Positions 25,052 through 37,139 of a DNA stretch of 64,000 nt are shown here, one piece after another (positions within the stretch are counted from its first letter, which is position 1; the number at the start of each line of letters is the position of its first letter). Source of the DNA: Scyliorhinus canicula (Eukaryota); contig NC_052158.1 in the NCBI RefSeq assembly GCF_902713615.1, forward strand, positions 12,210,546-12,274,545, given 5' to 3'. The position numbers and the translations under genes are program-made. Under the pieces are notes generated by a model. That model did not search any database and was not told the origin of the DNA. It saw only the letters and a list, made by a program, of their open reading frames with translations.

Positions 25052-25632
25052 CGATTAGGAGCTTTTTGCAGTAACTTTATTGCAGTGTTAATGTAAGCCG
25101 ACTTGTGACAATAACAGATTATTATTATTATAACGCTCACTCCAATGAGCCCACCTCTCCTGATTTTAATCACCCTCTCCTTGTTGCAGTTTCCCGGAAA
25201 ATACACTGAACGTTTCCCCCGGTCTGTCAGCCAGTCCCAGTCTGCTCGGGCCCTGGAATGGTCGCAGGAATGCCCGTTTGTGCCATGGATCCCATTTGGA
25301 TTAAAATGGTCCAACAGGTTGAGTTTCGGTGCATTGCGTTCCCCATATGTGATCTTAAGGAACTGACTTGTGCAAGTCACGAGATGCAATTCAGCTGCAT
25401 CCCTCCCCCAACCCCCTCCCCGTGCCACTCCAGTTAGCTGAATGTTCAAAAGAAAACTCTTGGGATGAGGAATTTGCATCAAGAATGTATTAGTGGGAGG
25501 GAACACTATGTAACAAGTCTCTGCCTGCACCGTGAGTGTGTTCAGAGAGTTCTGCACGTTGCAATGGACTCTGGACTACGAGGCTCACCAGCAGAGCTGA
25601 ACATAAGACTTTGGTTTCAATCTGAACATGTA

Positions 25633-26065
25633 GGATTGAGCAGATTAGGATTGTTTTCGTTGGAAAGACGGAGGTTGAGGGCGGACCTGATTGAGGTCTA
25701 CAAAATTATGAGAGGGATGGACAGGGTGGATAGCAACAAGCTTTTTCCAAGAGTGAGGGTGTCAATTAAAAGGGGTCACAATTTCAACGTGAGAGGGGAA
25801 AGTTTAAGGGAGATGTGCGTGGAACGTTTTTTACGCAGAGGGTGGTGGGTGCCTGGAACGCTTTGCCAGCAGAGGTGATAGAGGCGGGCATGTTAGCATC
25901 ATTTAAGATGCATCTGGACAGATATATGAACGGGCGGGGAACAGAGGGAAGTAGATCCTTGGAAAATAGGCAACAGGTTTAGATAAAGGATCTGGATCGG
26001 CGCAGGCTGGGAGGGCCGAAGGGCCTGTTCCTGTGCTGTAATTTTCTTTGTTCTTTGTTCTTTGT
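25633..26065 (+). mobile_element. young CR1 LINE 3' end
   Basis: LSRLGLFSLERRRLRADLIEVYKIMRGMDRVDSNKLFP; nearly identical to the 3846-4280 copy; TTGTTCT tail. Confidence 0.9.
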
Positions 26066-26806
26066 CTAGTGGTGAGACCCAAGTTGATCGCACTGCATGG
26101 AAGATAAGTAACATTTTAAAATATCTTTATGTATTCGTTCATGTGAGGTGGGCATTGCATGCTGGGACAGTATTTGTTGCCCATTCCTAATTGCCCTTGA
26201 AATAAGCAGTTTCATAGGCCAGTTTAGTGGGCAATTAAGTCAACCACATTTCAGTGGGTCTGGAGTCACATGCGGGCCAGACAGGAGAGGCCGGCAGATT
26301 TCCTTCCCCAAGGACATAAGAGAACCGGATGTTAACACGTCATCTGTTGTTGACCTTTGAGGTGACACAGATGGAGTTCAAATGACGTTTCTTGCTATGT
26401 GTGCTTGCCCAGTAGCCTCCATTATCATGACGTGTGTTGAGGAGTCTGGCTGCTTCTATCCATCCTAAACAGCACCGACATTAATTGTAGGGCTCGTGCT
26501 GTGCAGAAAGCAGCTTGTTGCAGCCTCCAAGAAGTTCCGAGGCTATGTCGAGGGCTGGACTCTCTCCTAGGGAAGTGGAGGGATGGGAAATCTGGGGAGA
26601 GGTGAGGGGTTAGAAATTTGCATTGGTTGGTGGGGTAAACACTGGCCGCATGTACTGGCCTGCACCTGATATTGGGTTCCATTTCCCAATGCGGGCATGT
26701 GGTGGCAGTGCGGAAAGAAAGAGCGACAGTTCCAGGAGAGAGTGAACCGTTCCCAACTACAGTTCACACGCGGCTCCGGGAAAACAATTGGGAGGTTAGG
26801 AGCTCA

Positions 26807-27086
26807 TGGGGAGATGACTGATGCACAATCAATGGACACAAAATGTAGATGAGATCCAAACAATAGGCTTAATGCACAAGGTGTGTGCCCAGCAGCAAAG
26901 GTACAGAAGAAAGGCCGACTGCCGGGAAGCACGGGTTCTTATATCCCGCCTCGTAGGCGGAGCTACCTACCTCTCAGCCAATCGGCTGAGAGGCACATGA
27001 CTTACCCGGGCCAATGGGCAGCGAGTCCTCTGCACCAATAGCAGCTCACATCCAGGTACCGTAATACCCCTAGTCATACTACCACA
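26807..27086 (-). mobile_element. 3' LTR of a Ty3/Gypsy retrotransposon
   Basis: Minus strand starts TGTGGTAGTATGAC right after the purine tract AAGGGTGAA and ends in CA; CCAAT, GC and TATA-like elements inside. Confidence 0.75.
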
Positions 27087-27361
27087 TTCACCCTTGTTGA
27101 AAAAGAACTGGGGGGGGATGGAACAGGAAACGCGGACATGAGGGGGGGGAGGGGGTGGGTGTGTCCCGTGAGTACATGAAAGACTGGTAGTATGACTAGA
27201 GGTGTTTAGGTCATACCATTGCATTGATGGCTACCCACTGACCCACAATTATGTTCAAAACACAACGACTATGTACAGTGTATAAAATTGGTGGGGGAAA
27301 CAAAATGGAGACCAGGCAAGGAAAACAAATGTCCACCCGCAGGCAGATGTCCACCAGTAGG

Positions 27362-29218
27362 TCACATCGATTCAATCAGTCGATTGGGCGCCTTTGATGT
27401 CCTGCTTGACCTGCGTAGCTGTGCCGGCGACGTCGGAGCGGTGGTCGTCCGTGACTCCGGGAGCGATGATCCTGTTCCTGTGTCCGTACCCCTGGTCGGA
27501 GCTAGCGGGGGCCAGGCCAGGGGAGGGGCTTCCTGTCCACTGGGCCATGGGGGTGTCAGTGGGGCGGGGGGGGGGGGGGGGGGGGGGGGGTTTGCTGGGG
27601 GCAGTTTGGGTTGGGGGGGGTGCTGGTGCTGGGGGGTGTGGCCGAGATCCGGCGGGTGCCAGGTCCTGAAGGGAGACCGTGTCCTGTCACCCGTCGGGAT
27701 ACTCCACATAAGCGTATTGTGGAGTTGCATGGAGTAGCTGGACTCTTTTGACCAACGGGTCCGACTTGTGCACCCGCATGTGCTTCCGGAGCAGAATGGA
27801 CCCGGGGGTAGCCAGCCAGGTCGGGATCGGGGTCCCTGAGGAAGACTTCCTGGGGAAAACAAGAAGACGTTCATGAGGCGTTTGGTTAGTGGAGGTACAG
27901 AGAAGTGACCAGATTGAGTGGAGGGCGTCTGAGAGGACCTCTTGCCAATGGGAAATTGGGAGATTTCTGGACCGTAGGGCCAGTAGGACGGTCTTTCAGA
28001 CCTAACCATTCCCCCTCTCGACGTGTCCATTACCCCGGGGATTGTAACTGGCCGTCCTGCTGGAGGCGATGCCCCTGCTGAGCAGGAATTGATGCAGCTT
28101 GTCACTCATAAATGAGGACCCCCGATCACTATGGATGCACGCGGGGTATCCAAACCGGGAGAAGATAGTGTTTAGGGCTTTGTTAATGGTGGTCGTGGTC
28201 ATGTCGGGGCAGGGGATGGCGAAAGGGAAGTGGGAGTACTCGTCAATCATGTTGAGGAAGTACGTGTTGCGGTTGTTGGAGGGGAGGGGACCTTTGAAGT
28301 CCATGCTGAGACGTTCAAAGGGGCGGGAAGCCTTTATCAGATGCGCTTATTCGGGGCGGTAGAAGTACGGTTTGCACTCAACGCAGATGTGGCGTTCCCT
28401 GGTCACTGTCCTGATCTCCTCGATGGAGTAGGGCAGGTTGCGGGTCTTTATGAAATGGAAAAAGTGGGTGACCCCCGGGTGGCAGAGGTCCACGTGGAGG
28501 GTTCGGAGGCAGTCCATGTGCATTGGCACAGGTGCCGCGGGACAGGGCATCGGGAGGCTCGTTTAGCTTCCCAGGACGATACAAGATGTCGTGGTTGTAC
28601 ATAGACAACTTGATCCTCCACCGCAAGATCTTATCATTCTTTATCTTGCCCCTCTGTGCATTATCGAACATGAAAGCCACTGACCATTGGTCTGTGAGGA
28701 GGGTAAACCTCCTGCCGGCCTGATAGTGCCTCCAATGTCTCACAGCTTCGACTATGGCCTGTGCTTCCTTCTCGACCGAGGAATGGCGGATTTCAGAAGC
28801 GTGGATGGTACGGGAGAAGAAGGCCACTGGTCTGCCCGCTTGATTGAGGGTGGCCGCCAGAGCTACATCAGACACGTCGCTCTCGACTTGAAAGGGGAGG
28901 GACTCGTCGATAGCGCGCATCGTGGCGTTTGCAATGTCTGCTTCGATGCGGCTAAAGGCCTGGAGCGCCTCCATCGACAGGGGAAAAGTGGTGGACTGGA
29001 TGAGTGGGTGGGCTTTGTTGATGTAATCGGGGACCCACTGGGTGTAATATGAGAAGAAGCCCAAACAGCGCTTGAGGGCTTTGAGGGAGTGGGGGAGGGG
29101 AAGCTCCATCAGGGGGCGCATGCGTTCGGGGTCGGGGCTATCACTCCGTTACGCACTACGTAGCCGAGGATGGCTAGGCGGTCAGTGCTAAACATGCACT
29201 TATCCTTATTGTAGGTCC
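27362..29218 (-). mobile_element. Ty3/Gypsy pol remnant (RT end, RNase H, integrase), frameshifted and 5'-truncated
   Basis: RNase H FQVESDVSDVALAATLNQAGRPVAFFSR..EKEAQAIV..LLTDQ; integrase HVDLCHPG..CVEC and DFKGP..HSDRGSSF..NPRGNGHVER; RT-RH-IN order. Confidence 0.93.
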
Positions 29219-30399
29219 GGGGGGGCAGCTGAATTGCATCTCGTGACTTGCACAAGTCAATTCCTTAAGATCACATAGGGGGAAACGTAATGCACCCAAA
29301 CTCGACCATTTAGCACTGCTGCCTCACGGCTACAGGGTCCGAGGCTCAATTCCAGCTTCGGGTCACTGTCTGTGTGGAGTTTGCACTTTCTCCCGTGTCT
29401 GCCGGGTTTCCCCCGGGTGCTCCGGTTTACTCCCACAGTACAAAGATGTGCAGGTTAGGTGGATTGGCCATGCTAAATTGCCCCTTAGCGTCCAAAAGGT
29501 TAGGTGGGGTTACTGGGAAATGGTGAGGCGTGGACCTAAGTAGGGCGCTCTTATCTCGGGCCGGTGCAGACTCAGTGGGCCTGATTCTATATCAAATAAC
29601 ACCATGAATCAAACTCCTGCTGTCGTGATACCCAGTCGACTTGTTTCGTTGAAATATCAATTGATAACGGATTGGAAGCTTTTCCTGTGATTTGAATAGG
29701 ATGAAGGAACGGGTGGAGTAGGATGACACCACCTGGTTTGTACCATCACCAACAGTCGGGGTTACCCTCTATGCAAACAATAAATTTTGATTGCAAACTC
29801 TGTCCCCATGCAGTGAATCATCTGTCAGTATACATAACAGCCACCCAAAAGAGGTTTGGAAAGCTACCATCTTTAATTGTAATGTGTAAGAGATGACTTT
29901 CTAATGACCTTATAAAATCTTAAGAAATTATTTGAATATTATAGAAAAAGGCCTCCGTCTTCCTTTCTCTCCCTCTTGCTTTAAAAAGTACCTGGATGAC
30001 CACTTGGCCCAACATAACATTCAACGTTATGGACCACGTGCTAGTAAATGGGATTGGGAGGTGTTAGGTGTTTTTCACATGTCAGTGCAAACTCGATGGG
30101 CTAAAGGGCCCCACTGTATGATTCCGTGATTCGTTCTCCTGCCCATCCTTTCTCCCCTCTCTCTCTCTCTCTCTCCGTCTCACTCTCTCCTTCTTTCTCT
30201 CCTCCTTGTTAAGGCAAGCGCTCTGCCAAGGAATATGACTCTGGTCCATGTTGAAGAAATTCATAAATTTTGTGAGATGGCAACTCATGTCCATATCTAA
30301 AGGAATTGCTTGAGAAGCGATCTGGTAAAATGGCCAACAGCAGAACCTTAGGCTCTGCACATAAATGGTAGTATTGGAATCTTGGGCAGATAATATTTG

Positions 30400-31700
30400 G
30401 GATAATTTAGGAGAGTAACTGTTTTATTGTGCTTGTGAATAGATTTTGGTTGCCTCATGAACTTGTGTTTGTCCTTTGCTCATCTCACAATTATGGGCAC
30501 CTGGGTAAAGCATTTTAATAATGAACTGATCGAAGTGTCTGATAATTTCCAGACAACATTACGAACAGTTGAGGTGAGAATGATGCATTTGACTCCAAGG
30601 TAGCATTGACTGCTTGTAGTATCAAGGGGCCGTAGCAAAACTGAAGTAAACGGGAATCTGGGGAAAGCTCTCAATTAGTTGCAACCATACCTGGTACAAA
30701 GGAACGCGGTTGTAGTTACTGGAGGTCAATCCTCTCCGTTCAAGTAAATCACTGCAGGAGTTCCTCCAGAGAAGTGTCCAACCATCTTCAGCTGCTTTAT
30801 GAATGATCGTCCTTCCATTATAACATCTGAAGTTGGGATGTTCGCTGATGATTGCAAAATATTCAGTACTACTCGGAACCTCTCAGATACTGCAGCAGTC
30901 CGTGTCCATAAACAGCAAGGTGTGAACAACAGCCAGGCTTCAACTGATAAGTGAGAAGTAACATTTACCACCACACGTGCTAGGCAATCATCATCTCCAA
31001 GAAGAGAAAATCTGAACATCTCCCCTTGAGTTTCAATGGCATTGTCATCGCTGAACCCCCACCCAATATCCCGAGTGCTACCATTGAACAGAAACTCAGC
31101 TGGACTAACCATGTAAGCAGATCAGAGGCTGGCAATCCTGCAGCGAGTAACTCAGTACTTGACTCTGCAAAAACCTTTCACCAGCTGCAATGCACAAGTC
31201 AGGCACATGATGGAATACTCTACACTTGCCTGGATGAGCACAGCACCAACAACATTGAAAACGTTTGATATCATCCAGGACAAAGCCACCCACTTGATTG
31301 GCAGCCCTTCCACAAACACTCACTTCCTCCACCACCGACACACCATGGCAGCCATGTGCACCATCTGGAAGATGCACTGCAGCAACTCAAGTATCCTAAG
31401 GTGACAACTTCCAAACCAGTGACCAAGAAGGACCAGGGCAGCAAATGTATGCGAATAACACCAGCAGCAAGTTCTCCTCCAAGTCACATGCCACCCAGAC
31501 TTGGAACTATATTGTCATTCCTGAACTCTCGCTGGGACAAAGTCCTGAATGATCTACCTACCAGCACCGTTGGTGCACCTAGCACATGGACTTCAACGGC
31601 TCAATAAGATGGCTCACAACCAGTCTCTCACAACCACTCTCCCACAGACAATTGTGGCTGAAGAATAAAATCTGTCCTACAGCACTGCCACATCCCAAAA
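30400..31700 (+). mobile_element. degenerate CR1-group LINE of a second family (Crack/L2-like)
   Basis: GVPPEK..FADDC-type RT remnant near 30750-30860, AQVRHMMEYSTLAWMSTAPTTLK (31159-31404); a reverse copy at about 42010-42660. Confidence 0.7.
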
Positions 31701-31709
31701 TGAATATCT

Positions 31710-32560
31710 TTGACCATACGACATGGTCACAGCAGACGTAGGCCAATTGGTCCAATGAGTCTGCTCTTTATTTAATGAGATCATGGCTGATCAAATATGA
31801 TCATCCTCAACTTCACATTCCCACTTTTCCCCTTAATTCCCTTTCTGAATAAAAATCTGTCAATCTGAGCCTTGAACATACTTAATGATCCAGTCTCTAC
31901 GGCCACAGAATTTCTACCCTCTGAAAGAAGAAATCCCTCCTCATCTCTGTCTTAAATAGGCGATATCTGAGATTTTGTTCTTTGGGCCAGAAGCTTCCAC
32001 TACGGGACACAGCCTTTACCCTGTCAAGCCCCCTGAAAATCCTGTAAGTCTCGATGAGGTCATCTCTCATTCTTCTAAACTCCAATGAGTACAGACCCAA
32101 CCTGACCAACCTCTCTTCATAAGAAAATCCCTCCATACCTGGAATCAACTAGTAAACCTAATCTGGACTGCCGCCAATGCTAGTATACCTTTCCTAAGTA
32201 GGAGATCTAAACTATTTATAGTATTGCAGGTGTGGTCTAACAAACATCTTGCATAGTTTTAGCAACACTTCCCTATTTTTATACTCTATATCCTGCAAAA
32301 TGAAGACTAACATTCCATATGTCTTCCCTAGATCCTGTTGAACTTGCATGCTCGCTTATATTTAAACTTATGCACGAGGACCTCTCCCCCTCCCCAAATC
32401 TCTGTGCTGCAGCTTTCTGCAGTCTTTCTCCATTTGGGTAATATTCAGCTCCCTTATTCTTCCCACCAAAATGCATAGCTTCACACTCTCCTACATTATA
32501 TTCCAGCTGCTAACATTTTTCCCACTCATTTAACCTGCCTTTATCCCCTGTAAACTCTTT
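31710..32560 (-). mobile_element. degenerate CR1 LINE 3' fragment
   Basis: MIPGMEGFSYEERLVRLGLYSLEFRRMRDDLIETY (31897-32148), MHFGGKNKGAEY (32279-32476). Confidence 0.85.
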
Positions 32561-32754
32561 GTGTCACACACTCCACTTGTATCACAACCAAACTCAAAAC
32601 AGTGCCCGTTTGATTATACTGCCTCACCCTGGTGGTTCTGCCAAAGAGCAGCATTTCACGCTTATTCACATTAAATTCAAGTCTATTGTTGCAACGCCAA
32701 TGCTGCCATATATTTTAACACTTCAACCAGCTTTTCCTGGAAACTTCATAGATT

Positions 32755-34610
32755 GTGTTTCTGACATTTCTAGTTTGGTGGGGAGAGTGAAAGCTGACCT
32801 GGCAAGGCGGGATGGTCTCCCGCTGTCACTGACGGGTCAGGTACAGGTGGTTAAGATGAAAGTGTTGCGCGATTTCTGTTTATTTTTCAATGTCTGCCGA
32901 TTTTCTTGCCAAAGGCTTTTTTTCCGGGAGAATGAGGGAAGGATTACCTCATTCATATGGAGAGGGAAGGTGGCCAGAGTTAGAAAGGTGCTGCTACAGA
33001 GGGGAAGGCAGCCAACGGGTTTGGGTCTTCTGAAGCTGATGTATTAGTACTGTGTGAATGTGGAGAAGGTGCGAAGCTGGGTCAGAGGGGTTGATTCCCA
33101 GTGATCAGAATGGAGGAGAGTTCATGCAGGGTGTCGGGATTGAAAGCACTAGCAACAGCGCCGTTCCTGGGGAAATACTCAGAGTCTGGTAGTAATAGCT
33201 TAATTGAGAATTTGGAGGCAGTTTCGTGAACACTTTGGGTTGGGGCAGGGTCAAGGGAAATGCCGATTTGGGGGAACCACAGATTTGAGCCAGGGAAGTG
33301 GGATGGAAATTTTTGGAAATGGGAGAAGGGGATTAAGACACTAAAAGATTTGTTTTTTCGGGGTCGGTTTGCAGGATTGAAGGAGCTGGAAGCAAAGTAT
33401 GGGCTGGAGCAGGGAGAAGTGTTTAGATACATGCAGGTTCGAGATTTTGCCAGAAAGGAGATACAGTCCTTCCCGGTGGAGCCGGCCTCCACATTGCTGG
33501 AGGAGGTGCTGACGACAGGGGGACTGGAGAAGGGGGGGGGAGGGGTGTCGGTGGTTTACGGAGCTATTTTGGAAGAGGAGAAGGCACCACTGGAAGGGAT
33601 CAAAGCAAAGTGGGAGGAAGAGTTGGGAGATGATATGGAGGAGGGTTTCAGGTGTGAGGTGCTCTGGAGAGTGAACGCTACCGCCTCGTATGTGAGGTTG
33701 GGGCTGATACAGCTGAAGGTGGTATATGGAGCACACCACACGAGGGCGAAGATAAGCCGATTCTTTTAAGGCATGGAAGATGTTTGTGAATGTTGCGGGG
33801 GGGAGGAGGGGTTGTTTTGGTACTGTTCAATCCTAGAGGATTACCAGAAGGAGGTTTTTAGGGTAATTTCTAAAGTGGTGCACGTGGAACTGGACCCGGG
33901 CCTCCAGGAGGCCATATTCAGTGTGTCGGACCAGCCACGGTTCGAAACGGATGCAGAGGCAGATTTTGTAGCCTTCGCTTCATTGATCGCCCGAAGGCTT
34001 ATCCTGATAGGTTGGAGAGCAACCTCTCCACCCTGTGCCCTGGCATAGCGGGGGAACCTATTGGAATTCTTGACTCTTGAGAAGATTAACCAGGGGCTGG
34101 TTTAGCTCACAAGGCTAAATCGCTGGCTTTTAAAGCAGACCAAGCAGGCCAGCAGCACGGTTCAATTCCCGTACCAGCCTCCCCGGACAGGCGCCGGAAT
34201 GTGGCGACTAGGGGCTTTTCACAGTAACTTCATTGAAGCCTACTCGTGACAATAAGCGATTTTCATTTCAAGTTTGAACTGAGGGGAAGGATGGAGTAGT
34301 TCTATAATTCATGAGCATTATTCATGAACTTTCAAGATCTGGATAACATTGAACATTAGTTGAGGCAGGTGGGTGGGAGGGTTAGAGGGGGGGGCTGTGT
34401 GTGTTAATGGTGACTATGGGTGATCCCTAATTCCTTTTTGTCATTTGTTTGTGTGAACGTGCGGGCTAATGTTTGGGGGTTTGGTGGGAGGATGGGATCG
34501 TTATTATTGAGATGGTGATTGACATAATTGTTCCTGATTATTGTTTGTTGTTGGTGGGTGTAAATTTGGGAGAAAATGTGAAAAAGGAGACTAAAAAATA
34601 TATTTTTTAA
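32755..34610 (+). mobile_element. L1-clade LINE ORF2 C-terminal fragment plus 3' UTR (SINE inserted at 34093-34270)
   Basis: LPLSLTGQVQVVKMKVL, ITSFIWRGKVARV, PIWGNHRFEPG, LIQLKVVYGAH and a Cys-rich CECC knuckle remnant; G-rich 3' UTR and A-rich end. Confidence 0.85.
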
Positions 34611-35689
34611 AGATTGTGTTTGTGACTCCTTCTTCCCCCCCCCCCCCCCCCCCCCCAGCACTGTCCAGGGCTCTTCTGTTCCTGTTCCCTTTTGAAACTA
34701 TGATCTTTTACGTTTCTATTGCCTCTCCTAATTTTTCCTTTTAAAATGTATCACTTCTAACCTGGCTCCATTACACCTCACCTGTAAGTGTCATTACTAC
34801 ATCAGTTAAACCCCTGCTCACCATGCGTTCTATCATCTGCAAATTTCGAAGCGTTAATTTTAGACATGAGTCCAGCTCATTTATACACATCAGGAAATTA
34901 TGCTGAAACCGACCACCTAGGGACGTTATTGTATATTTGCCTCCAGTCACAGCGAAATTTCCGCCACTCGTCTCTACCTCTCATCCCTGAGATAATTACA
35001 CACCAAACTTATTACCTTCCCGATAACACCAAGTGCTTCTATTTTAATAATCTATCTGATATGTGGTGCTTTACTACCTGTATTCGAACACCTTTTTATG
35101 CATATATTATTTGTTGCATTTCCTCGGCTTTAATTTCAAGAAATAACTCAAATCGTACACCAAATATAATTCACCTTTATGAAATACACGCCGTTCTTCC
35201 TTCAGTAACTGCTGCTTCTCCAAGCGGGCAATATTTTGGGTATGACAATGGTCTTTCGTAGTTTTTACACTGAGCTTTAGACTTGTTGATTCCTGGTGGA
35301 AGTGCATCTAAAGTTTCAGATTGTTACTTGATATTTTTTATTATAAAACAAGAGCTGAACAGTTTAAATGTTAAGCTTTCATCGACATCCACAGTTGAAG
35401 CCAGCATGGAAGGTTTGGATTGGCAATTCGTAACCAACTCGGATATGCGACTTAGATGGGAATTTATCTGGAATTTCAAAGTGTGGGAATGGACGAGGTA
35501 GTCCTGAATTAGGGTTTCAATGAGGGATTGTGTTCAGGAGATATTTAAAGGTAACAAAAGTTTTTTAAAAACAGGAGTCAAGTCAATTCAAGAAGTATTT
35601 CCTTTCTTCAAAAGTGTGCAATCTAGAAAAAAAAGGATTCGGATGTTAGAAAAAAAAATCAACAGATATTCTGATTTTTACACAAAAAC

Positions 35690-36065
35690 ATACAAAACAT
35701 CATATGGCACGCAACCACACGCACAGACACAAACATACATAATCATGCACACGCAATCACGCACATACACACACACAATTACACACAGGTACATGTATTC
35801 ACTCACAATCAGACACAGGCACAATCACACGCGAAATCACACACATGCACATAATCACACAGAGATACAATCACACACTGGCACACACAATCATTCACAG
35901 ACGCACAAACACATCACACACAAATTATCCCACACAGATCAAATATCGATAAAAACTATCACAAAGACACAATAGCAGACAGTGACGCACACATAGTCAC
36001 ACACACGCACAGTGGGACACACAGAGTGACAAGGACAAACAGGCACACGTACACATACACACTCT
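35690..36065. repeat. CA-rich low-complexity degenerate microsatellite
   Basis: Repeated CACA/ACACAATC units. Confidence 0.85.
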
Positions 36066-36918
36066 GTAGTTACAATACAGGCATATCAGTTTCTATTGGT
36101 ACAGACAGTGTGAAAAACAAGTTGGGCACGATGCATTCATCTTGAAAGTATAACATCACGCTCATTGCAGCCGCATATTTAGTTACCATCATAAGAAAAA
36201 GGAGCAGGAGCAGGCCATTCGGCCCCTCAATAAGATCATGCCTGATATGACTATGATATCAACTCGCTTTTCACCTTACCACAGACGAGAGACGAGGCCA
36301 TCGTGAATAACGGGACCCGCACTGTTAGCTTTGTTCTGCATCACAACTAGCTGTCTATCCAACTGAGCTAAATCAGTTGTAGTCCACCTGAGCTCACTGA
36401 ACATTTACCCTTCTACTCAATATTGCTACTGTGAAAGCGAAAGGACCACTGAAGCATTAATGTTTTAATTTTCTTGGTTTTGTTTGCAAGTATTTCCAGC
36501 AATCACCATATTCCACAGCCTAGAAGTTACGTTCCTAACCTTTACTTCAAATAAATGTGCGAATATTGCATGTTTAAATTTTTTTCTTGTTAGTCATAAA
36601 TGATTGGTGAAAATCCCCGTGTATTATTTTTCCAAACAATACAAGACGAAAACCCTCACTGGCAGGCTGGATGTCTGATTACCGTATCAATGGACAGATT
36701 AATCTGATGGATTTATTATCGAATAGTTTGGATTATCGAGGCAGTTTTCTTCCAAACCATGGTTTTAACAAACGACATGCTCGTTTTACTTATTTGCCTA
36801 TTAAAGTGCGTATGGATGTTGTCTATGCTCTTGTTGTCTTGATGGTATACTGAAGATATGTACAATCTTTGTAGATTTTCCGAGTTAAGAAATAAAATTG
36901 ACAAAAAAAACAACATAC

Positions 36919-37028
36919 CAGGGTTGAGAAGGTCTGTTACATGTCTCCATACTTTATACTGGATGGGCCCCTGAAATTCTCCCAGATTCAGGCTGCCGTC
37001 CGCGAGTGTGGGCTGATAGTCTTCTTCA
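36919..37028 (-). CDS. TRIM-B coding exon 5 (110 nt)
   Basis: ttattag|T GAA GAA GAC..AAC CCT G|gtatgt; EEDYQPTLADGSLNLGEFQGPIQYKVWRHVTDLLNP. Confidence 0.9.
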
Positions 37029-37116
37029 CTAATAATGTAAATATAAAAAGAATAACAGTGGAAAATAAAACGAACATTTCAACATGCGACTAGGTGCTTT
37101 TGGTAAAGTTCCATAC

Positions 37117-37139
37117 CTCGGCTCATCGTACGTATTCTC
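37117..37139 (-). CDS. TRIM-B coding exon 4 (23 nt)
   Basis: tgtttcag|GAG AAT ACG TAC GAT GAG CCG AG|gtatgg. Confidence 0.85.

Noticed and set aside
25033-25557. 174-aa minus-strand ORF
   Set aside because: Crosses SINE and low-complexity boundaries, no recognisable domain.
26485-26570. Phase-1 minus-strand acceptor (cttccctag|GA GAG AGT..) that could end TRIM-B with GESPALDIASELLGGCNKLLSAQHEPYN-stop
   Set aside because: No recognisable homology, and such acceptor-like sites are common in a 22-kb interval; unsupported without RNA data.
27362-28105. 247-aa Pro-rich ORF as a host gene or env
   Set aside because: Frameshifted integrase C-terminal region of the Gypsy element plus a poly(C) run; no signal peptide or TM pattern.
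35520-35975. His/Thr-rich 151-aa ORF
   Set aside because: Translation of a CA-rich microsatellite.
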